From Candidatus Dojkabacteria bacterium (GTDB lineage: Archaea; Nanobdellota; Nanobdellia; Pacearchaeales; GW2011-AR1), in assembly GCA_017610445.1 (NCBI GenBank), contig JAFCCB010000004.1, positions 1 to 48,062 on the forward strand: a DNA stretch of 48,062 bases, in the 5' to 3' direction. The position numbers and the translations under genes were made by a program. The notes beneath the pieces are model-generated. The model searched no databases, was not told the DNA's origin, and saw only the letters and a program-made list of their open reading frames with translations. Shown here piece after piece: positions 28,030 to 38,438 of this stretch; positions within the stretch are counted from its first letter, which is position 1; each line of letters opens with the position of its first letter.

Positions 28030-28304
28030 TTATAACAAATTTTTTGATTTTTTCCTTGTATTTTTAATTGCTTCTTCAATATCAGATTGTTTTAATTCTT
28101 TCTTTTTTGCAAATTCTCTTGTTTTTTAAGTAGTTTATTAATTCCACTAAAAGAAGGCATTTCCAATTTTTTTAATACTATTGTATTATTCTCCCCAATA
28201 ACTACAAACTTTTCTCCTGCATTAATTTTAAGTCTTTCTCTTAAATTTTGCGGAATAACAACCTGCCCTCTTGAACTAATACTTGTTATTTCAATATTTT
28301 CCAT
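28030..28304 (-). pseudogene. AbrB/MazE-family antitoxin with a -1 frameshift in an A run
   Basis: ISSRGQVVIPQNLRERL motif; adding one A near 28125 extends the ORF with TREFAKKKELKQSDIEEAIKNTR to a stop at 28030. Confidence 0.78.
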
Positions 28305-28417
28305 TTTACTTCTTAATAAATTTATATTATTAATAAGATTATCTTATTTAAATACTTTTCGGTTATCAAAAATAACACTATCCTCTCATCTCCAAATCTT
28401 AGAAAAACAAACACAAA

Positions 28418-28594
28418 TTATTTTAATCTCTTCTCTAATTTTCCAAAATAACTATTCAAAGATTTATTCATCTTTTCAAAAACATAAGAAGAACAAATCC
28501 CTTTAAGCAAATAATCTTTTAATTTTAAATTTAAACTATTACAATTATCAATACTCTTAATTAATTTCAAAGCTTTATTAGTAGGGTAATCCAT
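28418..28594 (-). CDS. Small hypothetical protein (58 aa, not in the ORF track)
   Basis: MDYPTNKALKLIKSIDNC...KLEKRLK translated by hand; no motif. Confidence 0.3.
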   Translation of the reverse strand: MDYPTNKALKLIKSIDNCNSLNLKLKDYLLKGICSSYVFEKMNKSLNSYFGKLEKRLK

Positions 28595-28820
28595 AACTCA
28601 AAAATAAACATTTTAATTCAAAACTTTTTCCATAACACAAAACCACATAAATCTTTAAAAAACAATTTGCATAAATATCAATACCCTAAAAATCAAATAG
28701 GTTTTTGGGGCTCAGAAAACTATAAAAGTTTTCTTGGGTCTTTTAAAAATACCAGCGAACTCTACTAAGAACACGCCCCAATTTTAAGAAGATATCAAAA
28801 ATAAAATATCAAACAAAAAA

Positions 28821-29459
28821 ATGCCAGAACAATTTAAAAGAGAAACAGCATACAAACTAAGAATTGGTGAAATTCTTCAAGCAAAACAAATTTTTGAACA
28901 ATCTGAAAATAAAAATCCACGGTTGCAATTTGTAGAACTTGGGGACAGAAAAATTTCAAGAGTAAATATCATTGCAAATATTATTGACAAATTTGAATCA
29001 GAGGGAGAAAGAAAATTTGCTTCTATCACATTAGACGACGGCTCAGGGCAAATCAGAGCAAGATTATTTGGAGAAGAAATCAAAAAATTTAGTGATTTAA
29101 CCCAAGGGGACACACTAATAATAATTGGACTTCTCCGTTCATTTAATCAGGAGCTTTATGTCATCCCTGAAATAATCAAAAAAACCATCCCAAAATATCT
29201 TTTAATAAGAAAACTTGAAATAGAAAAATCTTTCACAAAACCTCAAACTCCTGAACAAAAACAAAAAGTTAAAGCACTAAAAGATGAAATTATAGAACTA
29301 ATCAAAAACTCAGAACAGTATGAGGGCATAGACAAAGAAGAAATCATCATGAAACTTAAAAATTCCAAGCCAGAAATAATTAGCCAGGAAATTCAAAAAC
29401 TTCTTGAAGAAGGCATAATCTACGAACCAAGACCTGGGAGAGTTAGGTATTTAGGCTAA
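28821..29459 (+). CDS. RPA32-like OB-fold + winged-helix protein
   Basis: RVNIIA, ITLDDGSGQI OB motif; C-terminal LLEEGIIYEPRPG. Confidence 0.85.
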   Translation: MPEQFKRETAYKLRIGEILQAKQIFEQSENKNPRLQFVELGDRKISRVNIIANIIDKFESEGERKFASITLDDGSGQIRARLFGEEIKKFSDLTQGDTLIIIGLLRSFNQELYVIPEIIKKTIPKYLLIRKLEIEKSFTKPQTPEQKQKVKALKDEIIELIKNSEQYEGIDKEEIIMKLKNSKPEIISQEIQKLLEEGIIYEPRPGRVRYLG

Positions 29460-29731
29460 TTCTAAAATCTTCAAAATTTTCTAATTTTGAATAAGTTAAA
29501 AAGCCTTAAATTTTTAAACCCACTAATTCTATAATTCTTATAATAAATATCAATATCTTATAAAAAATAAAGATACTCATCAACTCATCTTAAAAATTTA
29601 CAAGATATAAGTTTAAGATATTAGAACTTAAGTTTAAAATAGAATATACTCAAACCTGATAAATCAACTCACTACAAAACCCAATATTTACAAAATATAA
29701 AATGATATGGGGTAGTGAATATAAAAACAAA

Positions 29732-30139
29732 ATGGAAACCTACAGCAAACTTTTAGATTTAGCATATAAAGAAATAAAACCTATAAAAGCTAGCGAGAGA
29801 TTTGAACCTCAAAAAGTCCAAGGACATATAGAAGGAACAAAAACAATCCTCACAAATCTACAGCAAATCGCCTCATATCTCAGAAGAGACATCAACCATT
29901 TATTAAAATATCTTTTAAGAGAACTTGCAACATCTGGCAAAATCAAAGGAAATCAGGTAATTTTACAAAGAAAAATCCCTTCTGCAAAAATCAATGAAAA
30001 AATAGAACAATACATAAAAGAATTTGTTTTATGCAGAGAATGCAAAAAACCTGACACAGAAATAATCAAAGAAAAAGGATTTACATTTGTCCATTGTCTT
30101 GCTTGCGGAGCCAAACATAGTGTAAGGGCAAAAATTTAA
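29732..30139 (+). CDS. eif2b: Translation initiation factor aIF-2 beta
   Basis: ERFEP, YLLRELAT, CRECKKPDT...CLACGA zinc ribbon. Confidence 0.94.
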   Translation: METYSKLLDLAYKEIKPIKASERFEPQKVQGHIEGTKTILTNLQQIASYLRRDINHLLKYLLRELATSGKIKGNQVILQRKIPSAKINEKIEQYIKEFVLCRECKKPDTEIIKEKGFTFVHCLACGAKHSVRAKI

Positions 30140-30183
30140 TTTTAATACAATAATATTTATATATATAAGAAAGATTTAATAAT

Positions 30184-30525
30184 ATGACAACCTCTTATTT
30201 TCAAGGTAGAAATGCCTTAGTTAATATCTTTAGTATGTATCTAGGATTATGGGAAGGAATTCGTTTAAGAAAACAAAAAGCTTATGAAACTTCTTCACAA
30301 AAAATAGATTTTATTGATAACAATATTAAAAAAATAAAAAGAGGCTATGGATTAGCAAGCATAGAAGAATATTTTAATATAAACCCTAATAAATGGATAA
30401 ATGGATTAAATAAAGTTATTAAAGAATTAAAAGGAGAAACTCCAAATCTAGAAAAACAAGTTCAATATATAGAAGAAACAATACCCCCAATACAAACTAT
30501 TCTCCCTAAAGTACCACATTACTAA
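30184..30525 (+). CDS. Hypothetical protein
   Basis: 113 aa ORF with a TATA-like element upstream; no motif. Confidence 0.5.
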   Translation: MTTSYFQGRNALVNIFSMYLGLWEGIRLRKQKAYETSSQKIDFIDNNIKKIKRGYGLASIEEYFNINPNKWINGLNKVIKELKGETPNLEKQVQYIEETIPPIQTILPKVPHY

Positions 30526-30673
30526 TAAGAATATAATTCTACACCTAAAAAAGGAAAGATGATAGAAGAAAACCTTGGTTTTCTTGTAGTTTCACACAAT
30601 AAATACCTTTAAAAGTATGAAAAACATATAAAAATATCTAAATATTAATAAAACTAATAACAAGGAGGTAAAA

Positions 30674-30856
30674 ATGGCAAAACCAAAACTAAGTTTTTAT
30701 GATGTGAAAACAAAGAAAAAATTTGAAGCAGATGAATATAGGGTTGTAGAAAAAAAAGGACGATTTTTCGCAGTAGCTAAGTCAAAATCAGGCCCACACG
30801 AATGTTGGAGAGTTTTATCTAAGGATCAAGCAGCAGAAATAAAAAAAGCTGCATAA
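30674..30856 (+). CDS. Cc1-like small basic chromatin protein
   Basis: KLSFYDVKTKKKFEADEY...FAVAKS...WRVL resembles Thermoproteales Cc1; strong SD ggaggt. Confidence 0.7.
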   Translation: MAKPKLSFYDVKTKKKFEADEYRVVEKKGRFFAVAKSKSGPHECWRVLSKDQAAEIKKAA

Positions 30857-31034
30857 ATTTTTAATTTTTAAGGCGCCAAAATCTTCAAAAATTTTAGTTT
30901 TGAATAAAAAAGTAAACAAGTTTCTATAATCTTTGATTCTCAAGAAAATCTTTGGTTTAAGTGTTGTTTATTGAATTCTTTTAGATTCTATTACTAATAA
31001 CAAAATATAAAAAACCAAGGATATTAACTAATAA

Positions 31035-31331
31035 ATGCAGCTTAAAATACATAACTCATACAGAAAAATTATAGCTTTATCAGACACAGACTTAATAGGA
31101 AAAACTTTTGAACAAGGAATAAAACAAATAGAAATTACACCAAACTTTTTCAAAGGACAAGAAAAAAACAAAGAACAAATAATTCCCATTCTAAAAGCCC
31201 TGCAAAAAGAAGATGCAACATTTAACATTGTAGGCAAAGAATCAGTTCAAACAGCCCTAGAAGCAGGGATTATCAAACAAAAAGGAATAATCAAAATTCA
31301 GAATGTTCCTGTTGCTCTGATTTTGTTATAA
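31035..31331 (+). CDS. DUF424 family protein
   Basis: DTDLIGKTFEQG, FFKG, ATFNIVGKESV, GII...VP. Confidence 0.85.
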   Translation: MQLKIHNSYRKIIALSDTDLIGKTFEQGIKQIEITPNFFKGQEKNKEQIIPILKALQKEDATFNIVGKESVQTALEAGIIKQKGIIKIQNVPVALILL

Positions 31332-31683
31332 ATATAATTTTATATTACTAATTTATAAAAATATAACACTTTAAGAATGAAGTGCTTAAACTATCTATAA
31401 GAAAGCTTAAAATATGACACCCTCTCCGCAATAAAGTGTGGTTTTCCTTAATATCCCATTATAATTTTAAGTTATAAATAACAGATTTTAAAATTCTCAT
31501 TTGTAAAGCTAAAAGTTTTATAGATTATTAATATCACATTTTAAAGAAAAAGGATTTATTTTGCAATTAACACATTATCAAAATAAAAACAAAAGGAATT
31601 TTTACACAGAGAGATTTATAAATAACTAATAATCACTAATTAAAATGTGTTCACCTTTCAGAGTGAATCCTTAGTGAGTTAAA

Positions 31684-32034
31684 ATATTAAAAATAAACCA
31701 AAGAGGTTTAGAGAACAAAGTAGAAAGATTAACTAGAGATGAAGGTCTTCTAGTTCAAGCGCGCCCTTATGAACCAAGTAATCAGATTAGTTTAATAGTT
31801 TCTGAACCCAAGACTTCTATTATAAGTTTAGCAAAAGTTAGATACTCAAATGATTTTAATAAAATAATTATAGAAGAATGTGAAAAGGCAGATTTTGGAG
31901 ATTATTCACAAGTGGATTAGTCTAAAGTTGCTCCAAAATATATCCCCTGTATAAGAAATATTGCCTTGGCTTTAAATTCAGATAAAAAGATTGTTCAAGA
32001 AGTTATTTATGTAGATAAAACCAAAGAACAATAA
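31684..32034 (+). pseudogene. Degraded hypothetical gene (no standard start, in-frame TAG at 31918)
   Basis: One frame is open from 31678 to TAA at 32034 apart from a single TAG; TATA-like tttataaa near 31616. Confidence 0.5.
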
Positions 32035-32083
32035 ATTTTTCTCATCCCAACATTTTTAAACCAAACCCTATAATTATTTATTA

Positions 32084-32440
32084 ATGGTATTTAAAAAATT
32101 CAAAGACAAGAAAAAGAAAAATAAATCAAAGAATTTTACAGAACAACCGATAATTACAAGAGTTAAAATGCCAAGAAACCAGGAAGTTTTTGGAATAATC
32201 GAACAAAGAGTTGGTGCAAACAGGATGATTGTCAAATGCCTTGACGGAAAGCAAAGAAACTGCAGAATTCCTGGAGCCCTAAGAAGAAGATTATGGATAC
32301 GCCCAGGGGATACAGTCATAGTAAAACCATGGGAATTTGACTCAGATAAAAGAGGAGATGTTCTATTCAAATATCGCCCAGCACAAATTGAATGGCTAAA
32401 AAGAAAAGGATTTTTAAAAGATGTTGAAGGAGAGTTTTAA
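32084..32440 (+). CDS. eif1a: Translation initiation factor aIF-1A
   Basis: VKCLDG..RNCRIPG...LWIRPGD.VIV.PW. Confidence 0.95.
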   Translation: MVFKKFKDKKKKNKSKNFTEQPIITRVKMPRNQEVFGIIEQRVGANRMIVKCLDGKQRNCRIPGALRRRLWIRPGDTVIVKPWEFDSDKRGDVLFKYRPAQIEWLKRKGFLKDVEGEF

Positions 32441-32564
32441 ATTTTATTTAATATTCCTAATCTATAAAATATTGCACTCTGAAAATCAAATTTTAAAAGA
32501 AAAAACAAGCAAACCCCTCTCCTAACTTATTATTTGCAAAATTATAAATAAAAATAATATTAAA

Positions 32565-33062
32565 ATGCAACAAACATACACAGAATATCCTGAAAAAATT
32601 CTCCAAAACAAAAAAAAGCTTGAATTAGAACTCCAAGTTAAAATAACAAACAAAGAAAAAAACATTTTCATCAACGGAGATGCAGAAAAAGAATACACAG
32701 CACTGCAGGTTATTGAAGCAATTAATATTGGTTTTTCAGTAGAAAGAGCATTATTCTTAAAAAATGAAAACATAATCCTGCAGACAATCAACATTAAAAA
32801 CATAACTAAAAAAAAGGACTTGGAAAAAATAAGAGCAAGAATTATAGGCAAACACGGAAAAACACTCAAAACAATAAAAAATCTGACTAACTGCGTAATA
32901 TCATTAAAAAACAATCAGGTAGGGATTATTGGAAACACAGAAGAAATAGAAAACACAATCCAAGCCCTAAAATCAATAATTCAGGGAAGCAAGCAAGGAA
33001 ATGTTTATTCAAGAATTGAAAGAGAGAAAAAAAGAAAAAGATTAAGAGAGAATTTAGGATAA
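32565..33062 (+). CDS. KH-domain rRNA processing protein (Dim2/Pno1 family)
   Basis: GFSVERA, RIIGKHGKT, IIQGSKQGNVY; follows aIF-1A. Confidence 0.88.
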   Translation: MQQTYTEYPEKILQNKKKLELELQVKITNKEKNIFINGDAEKEYTALQVIEAINIGFSVERALFLKNENIILQTINIKNITKKKDLEKIRARIIGKHGKTLKTIKNLTNCVISLKNNQVGIIGNTEEIENTIQALKSIIQGSKQGNVYSRIEREKKRKRLRENLG

Positions 33063-33236
33063 TTAATTTAGTAATTCTAAAATCAATTTAAGTTACTCAA
33101 AGTAGAGCTTAAATTAATAATTCATAAAAACATCACGCAAGCAACAACTGATGAACAAGCGTTTATGAGCAGAGAGATTATTAGAAAAAACCTTAAATAA
33201 ATAACTTTAAATATACTTCTCCATTTTCATTTTTAT

Positions 33237-33310
33237 GTCTGGGTAGCTCAATCTGGTAGAGCATTCGACTGTTAATCGAAGGGTTGGAGGTTCGAGTCCT
33301 CCCTCAGACG
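33237..33310 (+). tRNA. tRNA-Asn (GTT)
   Basis: Acceptor gtctggg/ctcagac; anticodon arm ttcga-ctGTTaa-tcgaa; T arm ggagg-ttcgagt-cctcc. Confidence 0.95.
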
Positions 33311-33357
33311 TTTCCTTTCAACCAAATATTTTTATACCCTTTAGCCTTATCTAAAAC

Positions 33358-33918
33358 ATGGATTTTAACAAAGTAATAAAAACAAGAGCATCAATAAAAA
33401 ATTACTCTAACAAACAAGTAAAAGATGATAAAATAATTGATGCAATAGAATCAGCAAATTTTGCTCCTTCTCCAGGAAATTTGTCTATTTTAAAATATAT
33501 TATAATAGATAATGAAGAGATAAAAGAAAAAATAGCAAAAGCCTGTCAGCAAGAATTTATTAAAACTGCATCAGTGATAATTGTAGTCTGCTCTGACTCT
33601 AAAAATGTTGAAAGAATGTATGATAAAAGAACAGAAAAATACACAAGACAACATGCAGGAGCATCAATAGAAAACTTTTTGTTAAAAATAACAGATATGA
33701 AATTAGCTTCTTGCTGGATAGGAGCTTTTTCAGACGCAACAATTAAAAATGCACTTAAAATCCCAGACAGCATAAATGTTGAAGCAGTTCTCCCGATTGC
33801 TTATCCATTAAAAAAAGAAACAAAACAAAAATCCAAGCCAAATTTAGGAAACATAGTTTATTTTAATAAATGGGAAAATAAATATAAAAAGCCTATTAAA
33901 AAGATTGGGAGTCATTAA
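33358..33918 (+). CDS. Nitroreductase family protein
   Basis: IKTRASIKNY, APSPGN, ENFLL...LASCWIGAF. Confidence 0.88.
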   Translation: MDFNKVIKTRASIKNYSNKQVKDDKIIDAIESANFAPSPGNLSILKYIIIDNEEIKEKIAKACQQEFIKTASVIIVVCSDSKNVERMYDKRTEKYTRQHAGASIENFLLKITDMKLASCWIGAFSDATIKNALKIPDSINVEAVLPIAYPLKKETKQKSKPNLGNIVYFNKWENKYKKPIKKIGSH

Positions 33919-34103
33919 GGTAAAGGAGTATTCAAAACGTTTTTTCTGTAATTTTCAAATTGCTTCTTAGACCAATATACTGCTCCTAATTTAATAGGAC
34001 TAGAAATTATCATTATCGGCCCATCATATTTAATATGGGAAGTATCAAGTACTTTCCGATCAATTTCTTTATCTAAACTCATAGAAAAATAACAATAAAA
34101 CAA
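33915..34103 (-). CDS. Small hypothetical protein
   Basis: Short ORF, likely start MSLDKEI at 34082; no motif. Confidence 0.3.
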   Translation of the reverse strand: MFYCYFSMSLDKEIDRKVLDTSHIKYDGPIMIISSPIKLGAVYWSKKQFENYRKNVLNTPLP

Positions 34104-34135
34104 TATTTAAACATTATTATAATAAAACACATTAA

Positions 34136-34159
34136 CTCGCTCACTTCATTCGCTCGCTT
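34136..34159. repeat. REP-like GC-rich motif, copy 2
   Basis: ctcgctcacttcattcgctcgctt; near-identical to 21521..21544. Confidence 0.65.
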
Positions 34160-34325
34160 ATCTTATAATCTACAAAAAAATACAACAGTCATACTTATAT
34201 CTTACAAAAATATCACACTCTAAAAATAAGTAGCTTAAGCTCCAAAGAAGATGTTCAAAGTCAAATCAACTCCCTTGCATAACTTAATAATTTGCAAGAT
34301 TATAAATAAAAGATAATAAAAAAAA

Positions 34326-34358
34326 TAAAAAGCCTGCCTAAAAAAGGGCAGGCAAAAA
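34326..34358 (-). terminator. Hairpin + T-tract terminator after ftsZ
   Basis: gcctgcc (34332..34338) / ggcaggc (34347..34353) stem followed by T runs on the minus strand, 10 nt after the ftsZ stop. Confidence 0.7.
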
Positions 34359-34363
34359 TAAAA

Positions 34364-35452
34364 TTAATTTCTTACAACATCAATACCTAATTCAGACATT
34401 TCAGGAATAGGTTCTGCCCCATACTCCCCAAGTTTTTGTTTTCCAAGTATATAAGGGCTTGAAACACCTGTCATAATTGTAATAACTCTAACTCTGCCTT
34501 CAAAATCTTTGTTAATACGAGCCCCAATTATCACCTGAGCTTCTGACGCAATGTTTTCAGTTACTAATTTTCCTATCTGACTAAATTCTTCTAACTTCAT
34601 GTCAGGTCCGCAAGTAATATGTATTAAAGCGCCATTAGCACCTTTGTAATCCACGTCTAACAATGGATGTGTTAAAGCCTGCCTAACCGCCTCATTAACT
34701 CTATCACTTGTTGAATCAGATTCACCAATACCAATAACTGCAACCTCACCTTTCTTCATAATTGAAGAAACATCAGCATAGTCTAAATTAATCAAACTTG
34801 GCAAAGTAATTGTCTCAACAATTCCTTTAATCATAGTGCTAATCAATTCATTAGCAACTGCAAATGCCTGTTGTATTGGCAGCTGTCCTGCAATATCAAC
34901 CAGCCTGTTATTATCAATAACAATTGCAGTATCAACCTGATCTCTTAATTCCTGCAAGCCAAATTCTGCCTTGTCTATTCTTGCTTTTTCGCATTCAAAA
35001 GGCATTGTCACAACTCCAATAACAACCGCTCCTGTTTCTTTAGCAAGTTGAGCTATTACTGGTAAAGCTCCAGTAGCTGTTCCGCCACCTTCACCCCCAA
35101 TAACAAAAATCATATCTGCATTAGCAACTGCTTTTTTCAATTCAGAAATTGATTCTTTTGCAGCCTCTCTTCCGATTTCTGCCTTTCCTCCAGCACCTAA
35201 ACCACGGGTTAATTCCTTGCCAATAAGAATCTTCTCATCTGCTTTTGTAATGCTAAGATGCAAAGCATCTGTATTAACAGCATAAACACCAGCCCCACTG
35301 ATTCCTTTATTAAATAGCCAAGTAACTGTATTACAACCAGCACCACCTATACCCAAAACCTTAATATTCGCCTTGCCAGCTTTCAGTCCTTCAAAATTAA
35401 TGCTATGTGTATCAATGTTTTCAATAGCTTCTTTTGTAAAATCTAAAACCAT
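34364..35452 (-). CDS. ftsZ: Cell division protein FtsZ
   Basis: GGAGCN, AVNTD, GLGAGG, GGGTATG tubulin signature, IDNNRL, INLDYADV. Confidence 0.97.
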   Translation of the reverse strand: MVLDFTKEAIENIDTHSINFEGLKAGKANIKVLGIGGAGCNTVTWLFNKGISGAGVYAVNTDALHLSITKADEKILIGKELTRGLGAGGKAEIGREAAKESISELKKAVANADMIFVIGGEGGGTATGALPVIAQLAKETGAVVIGVVTMPFECEKARIDKAEFGLQELRDQVDTAIVIDNNRLVDIAGQLPIQQAFAVANELISTMIKGIVETITLPSLINLDYADVSSIMKKGEVAVIGIGESDSTSDRVNEAVRQALTHPLLDVDYKGANGALIHITCGPDMKLEEFSQIGKLVTENIASEAQVIIGARINKDFEGRVRVITIMTGVSSPYILGKQKLGEYGAEPIPEMSELGIDVVRN

Positions 35453-35666
35453 TTTTCTTTCCTTTATTTAAACCTCCTTTCAAACAGCAACATTTAAATA
35501 ATAGTGTTGCCTTTATTTTATTGTAATTAATATAATTACAGCTAGAAAAAAGAGTCACCTCTTGCAATCACCAATTTTAATGCACTGCAAATGTTCTAAA
35601 ATTGATTATTATAGAAATATCTAAACATTTTTCTTTAAAAACTTTTATGTATTGAAGAATATTAGT

Positions 35667-36218
35667 TCAAATCCTTTTTTTTAATCTCTCAATCTTTTTC
35701 CAAGCCCTTTCAAGCTTATTATTTGCTTCATCAACCACAATTTTCAAAAAATTATCATCAACTAAAACTTTCCCCTCATTCATAATCGGAAAATTTATTC
35801 TTTCAGTAGAATTTAATTCAACCATATTTCTTTTACCACCCATTATCCCAGAATGTTTCCATCCAGCAAGTTTTGCTTTATTAACTAAATCCTGCGCACT
35901 ACTTAAATCAACACAAGCAACATGCAAAATACAACTCGTTTGTTGAAATTCAACTAACTTCCCATACTTAACACTCTTCAAATTTTTCTTCAACTTATCC
36001 AAACTTATTTTATCATGCGTCCGAAAAAGAAAAACATCTCGTGCTTTTTTATCCAAATTTTTAATCAACACAATCCTTCCTGCACAACTTGAAGTAGTAT
36101 AATATTTTTTAGATTTATTCAGTTTATCACAAAGCTCTTTAATTTGAACATCCCATTTTCCAATATTGGATTTATCAATCTTACTCAGTTGTTTCTTCTT
36201 TTGTTCTATAAATTTCAT
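35667..36218 (-). CDS. taw3: tRNA wybutosine-pathway methyltransferase Taw3/TYW3
   Basis: YYTTSSCAGRI, ILHVAC, AGWKHSG; ATG 36218 preferred. Confidence 0.9.
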   Translation of the reverse strand: MKFIEQKKKQLSKIDKSNIGKWDVQIKELCDKLNKSKKYYTTSSCAGRIVLIKNLDKKARDVFLFRTHDKISLDKLKKNLKSVKYGKLVEFQQTSCILHVACVDLSSAQDLVNKAKLAGWKHSGIMGGKRNMVELNSTERINFPIMNEGKVLVDDNFLKIVVDEANNKLERAWKKIERLKKRI

Positions 36219-36259
36219 GACTTCATAAATTTTATATACCTTAAATATCTTACCAAAAA

Positions 36260-36904
36260 ATGAGATTAACATTAATTGGGCCTAGAAACATAAAACTTCA
36301 TTATCAAAAATTTCTAAAAATACCCAAACAAAAATTTAATTCAAAGTTAGAACAAATAGCTCAAAGTTTAGTAAACTCTAAAGTAGAAATTGAATGTTTA
36401 CCAGATAGGGGAATTAGTTTTCAAATAGCAAAATTATACAAACAAAAAGGGGGAAGAAAAGTAATAGCTACAATACCAAAATCAGACAAGACTTTTGGAA
36501 TAAAACACTTAAAACCTTACATTAATGAAAAAATAAAAAATAAACCTCTTTTTGATAAAATTATTGATTCAGGTAACTGGTTTAAACATGATATGACCAA
36601 GGCTCTTTTCGGAGACGCGGTTTTATATTTAGGCTCAAGCAAAGGAACAGATTTAGAAAGAAATGGGGCAGAATATTTATATAAATTAATGACTGGAAAT
36701 AAAAAAGGAGTTGAAGTAGCAGGAAAGTTTATTCACCCAGAAATTAAAGCAGGTAAAAATTTCACTATTTTCATTTATTCTCCTTTTTTAAAAAATAAAA
36801 AATTTCCTCCAGAAGATGAATTTTATTCAAAACAATATGGAATAAATTTAATTTATATTAAAAATTCAAAACAATTAGAAAAAGAATTGAAGAAATTTAA
36901 ATAA
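36260..36904 (+). CDS. Hypothetical protein, possibly SLOG/Rossmann-like
   Basis: beta-strand-IGP start and LYLGSSKGTDLE, resembling the SLOG GxGTxxE motif. Confidence 0.5.
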   Translation: MRLTLIGPRNIKLHYQKFLKIPKQKFNSKLEQIAQSLVNSKVEIECLPDRGISFQIAKLYKQKGGRKVIATIPKSDKTFGIKHLKPYINEKIKNKPLFDKIIDSGNWFKHDMTKALFGDAVLYLGSSKGTDLERNGAEYLYKLMTGNKKGVEVAGKFIHPEIKAGKNFTIFIYSPFLKNKKFPPEDEFYSKQYGINLIYIKNSKQLEKELKKFK

Positions 36905-36906
36905 TT

Positions 36907-38220
36907 TTATTCAAACTCCTTCCCAATTTTCAACAACATTTCATCATTTCCTTTCTTAGCTAAAATCTGAATTCCAACAGGCACACCAGAAATCTTCCCG
37001 CAAGGAATTGAAATTCCAGGAATCTCAGCTAAATTAGCCAAAACAGTCAAACTATCATAATTATACATGTCTTTTAAACTAATTCTCTCTCCAAGCTTAT
37101 GGGGAAGTTTAGGAACAACAGGCATAACAATCACATCAACTTTTTTAAAAGCATTTTCAAATTCTTTTTCAATTATCTTCTTAGCTTTCAAAGCTCTTCT
37201 GTAGTATTTTCCTGCAAACTCTGCCTGAGAAATCTCAGCCCCACCAAAAATCCTCCTCAAAACTTCCTTCCCACAAACATCTTCAATTTTAAATCCATAT
37301 TTTCTGCCATCAAATCTTCTGGTTCCTGAAAAAAATTCAGCATAATTAATAAGATAATATGTTTGCACACCTAAATCAATATAAGCAAGCTTAATATCCC
37401 CCTGCTCCCAACCCTTCTTATTACAAACTTCATTAATTTTATTTTTAACAATTTCCCAAATCTTTTCATCAGCCTCTATTTTCGGCACCCCAATAACAAT
37501 TTTAGATTTAACATTATCAGATTTAAAATCCCTGCTAGTAGCATCTTTTTCATCTTTTCCTTTAATCACATTGAAAACAATCTCTGCATCTCCAACACAA
37601 TTTCCTAAAGCCCCAATCTGATCTAAACTCATACTTAAATCAATCAACCCATATCTTGAAACAGCACCATAACTTGGCTTATAACCAACTACTCTGCAAT
37701 GAGAAGCAGGATTTCTTATACTTCCTCCTGTATCACTTCCTAAACTAAAATCACAAAAACCTGCTGCAACAGAAGCAGCACTTCCTGATGACGAACCACC
37801 AGGAATCCTATCTAAAGCAGAAGGATTTTTACAAACACCAAAAGCACTTGTTTCACCTGACGAACCACAGGCAAACTCATCCATATTCGCCATTCCAATT
37901 ATAACAGCATCTTCTTTCAAAAGTTTGTCAATCACAGTTGCATTATAAGCCCCAAAATAATTTTTCAAAGTTTTAGAAGCACAATTGCAAATCAATCCCT
38001 TAACATTAATATTACTTTTCACAATAACCCCTAAACCAGCTAACTTTCCTTTCTTGCCCTTTTTATCAACACCCTTAGCCTGAACAATTGCATCAGGATT
38101 TAAATGTAAAACAGCATTTATTTTAGGATTGTCTTTCCTGATTTTCAAAATAAAATTTTTAATATTCTGCTCAGCAGATAATTTACCTAATTTAATTTGT
38201 TGCAATTTTTGTTTTATCAT
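36907..38220 (-). CDS. gatA: Asp/Glu-tRNA amidotransferase subunit A
   Basis: NMDEFACGSS, PGGSSSGSAA, LGSDTGGSIRNPAS amidase signature. Confidence 0.95.
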   Translation of the reverse strand: MIKQKLQQIKLGKLSAEQNIKNFILKIRKDNPKINAVLHLNPDAIVQAKGVDKKGKKGKLAGLGVIVKSNINVKGLICNCASKTLKNYFGAYNATVIDKLLKEDAVIIGMANMDEFACGSSGETSAFGVCKNPSALDRIPGGSSSGSAASVAAGFCDFSLGSDTGGSIRNPASHCRVVGYKPSYGAVSRYGLIDLSMSLDQIGALGNCVGDAEIVFNVIKGKDEKDATSRDFKSDNVKSKIVIGVPKIEADEKIWEIVKNKINEVCNKKGWEQGDIKLAYIDLGVQTYYLINYAEFFSGTRRFDGRKYGFKIEDVCGKEVLRRIFGGAEISQAEFAGKYYRRALKAKKIIEKEFENAFKKVDVIVMPVVPKLPHKLGERISLKDMYNYDSLTVLANLAEIPGISIPCGKISGVPVGIQILAKKGNDEMLLKIGKEFE

Positions 38221-38438
38221 TTTTACTTATTATCAATATCTCATAATATTTAACACTTTAAAGATAAGTTTTAATAACTTAATTTCCTGTTCTCCACATC
38301 ATAAATTTTAATAAAACATTAATTTATTATAATCAAATTTATCAGATTCTTCCTCATTAAAAACTATACTATTAAAATACCTAATAACAAAATTATTTTT
38401 TAAATGATAATCACTCCTCATTTTATTTTGTGATATTT

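Noticed and set aside
23726..28400. Provirus or autonomous IS/integron
   Set aside because: No integrase, transposase, reverse transcriptase, capsid or replication gene is recognisable in the island
31918..31920. Stop-codon reassignment (TAG readthrough)
   Set aside because: A single case; TAG, TGA and TAA all end conserved genes at the expected positions in this window
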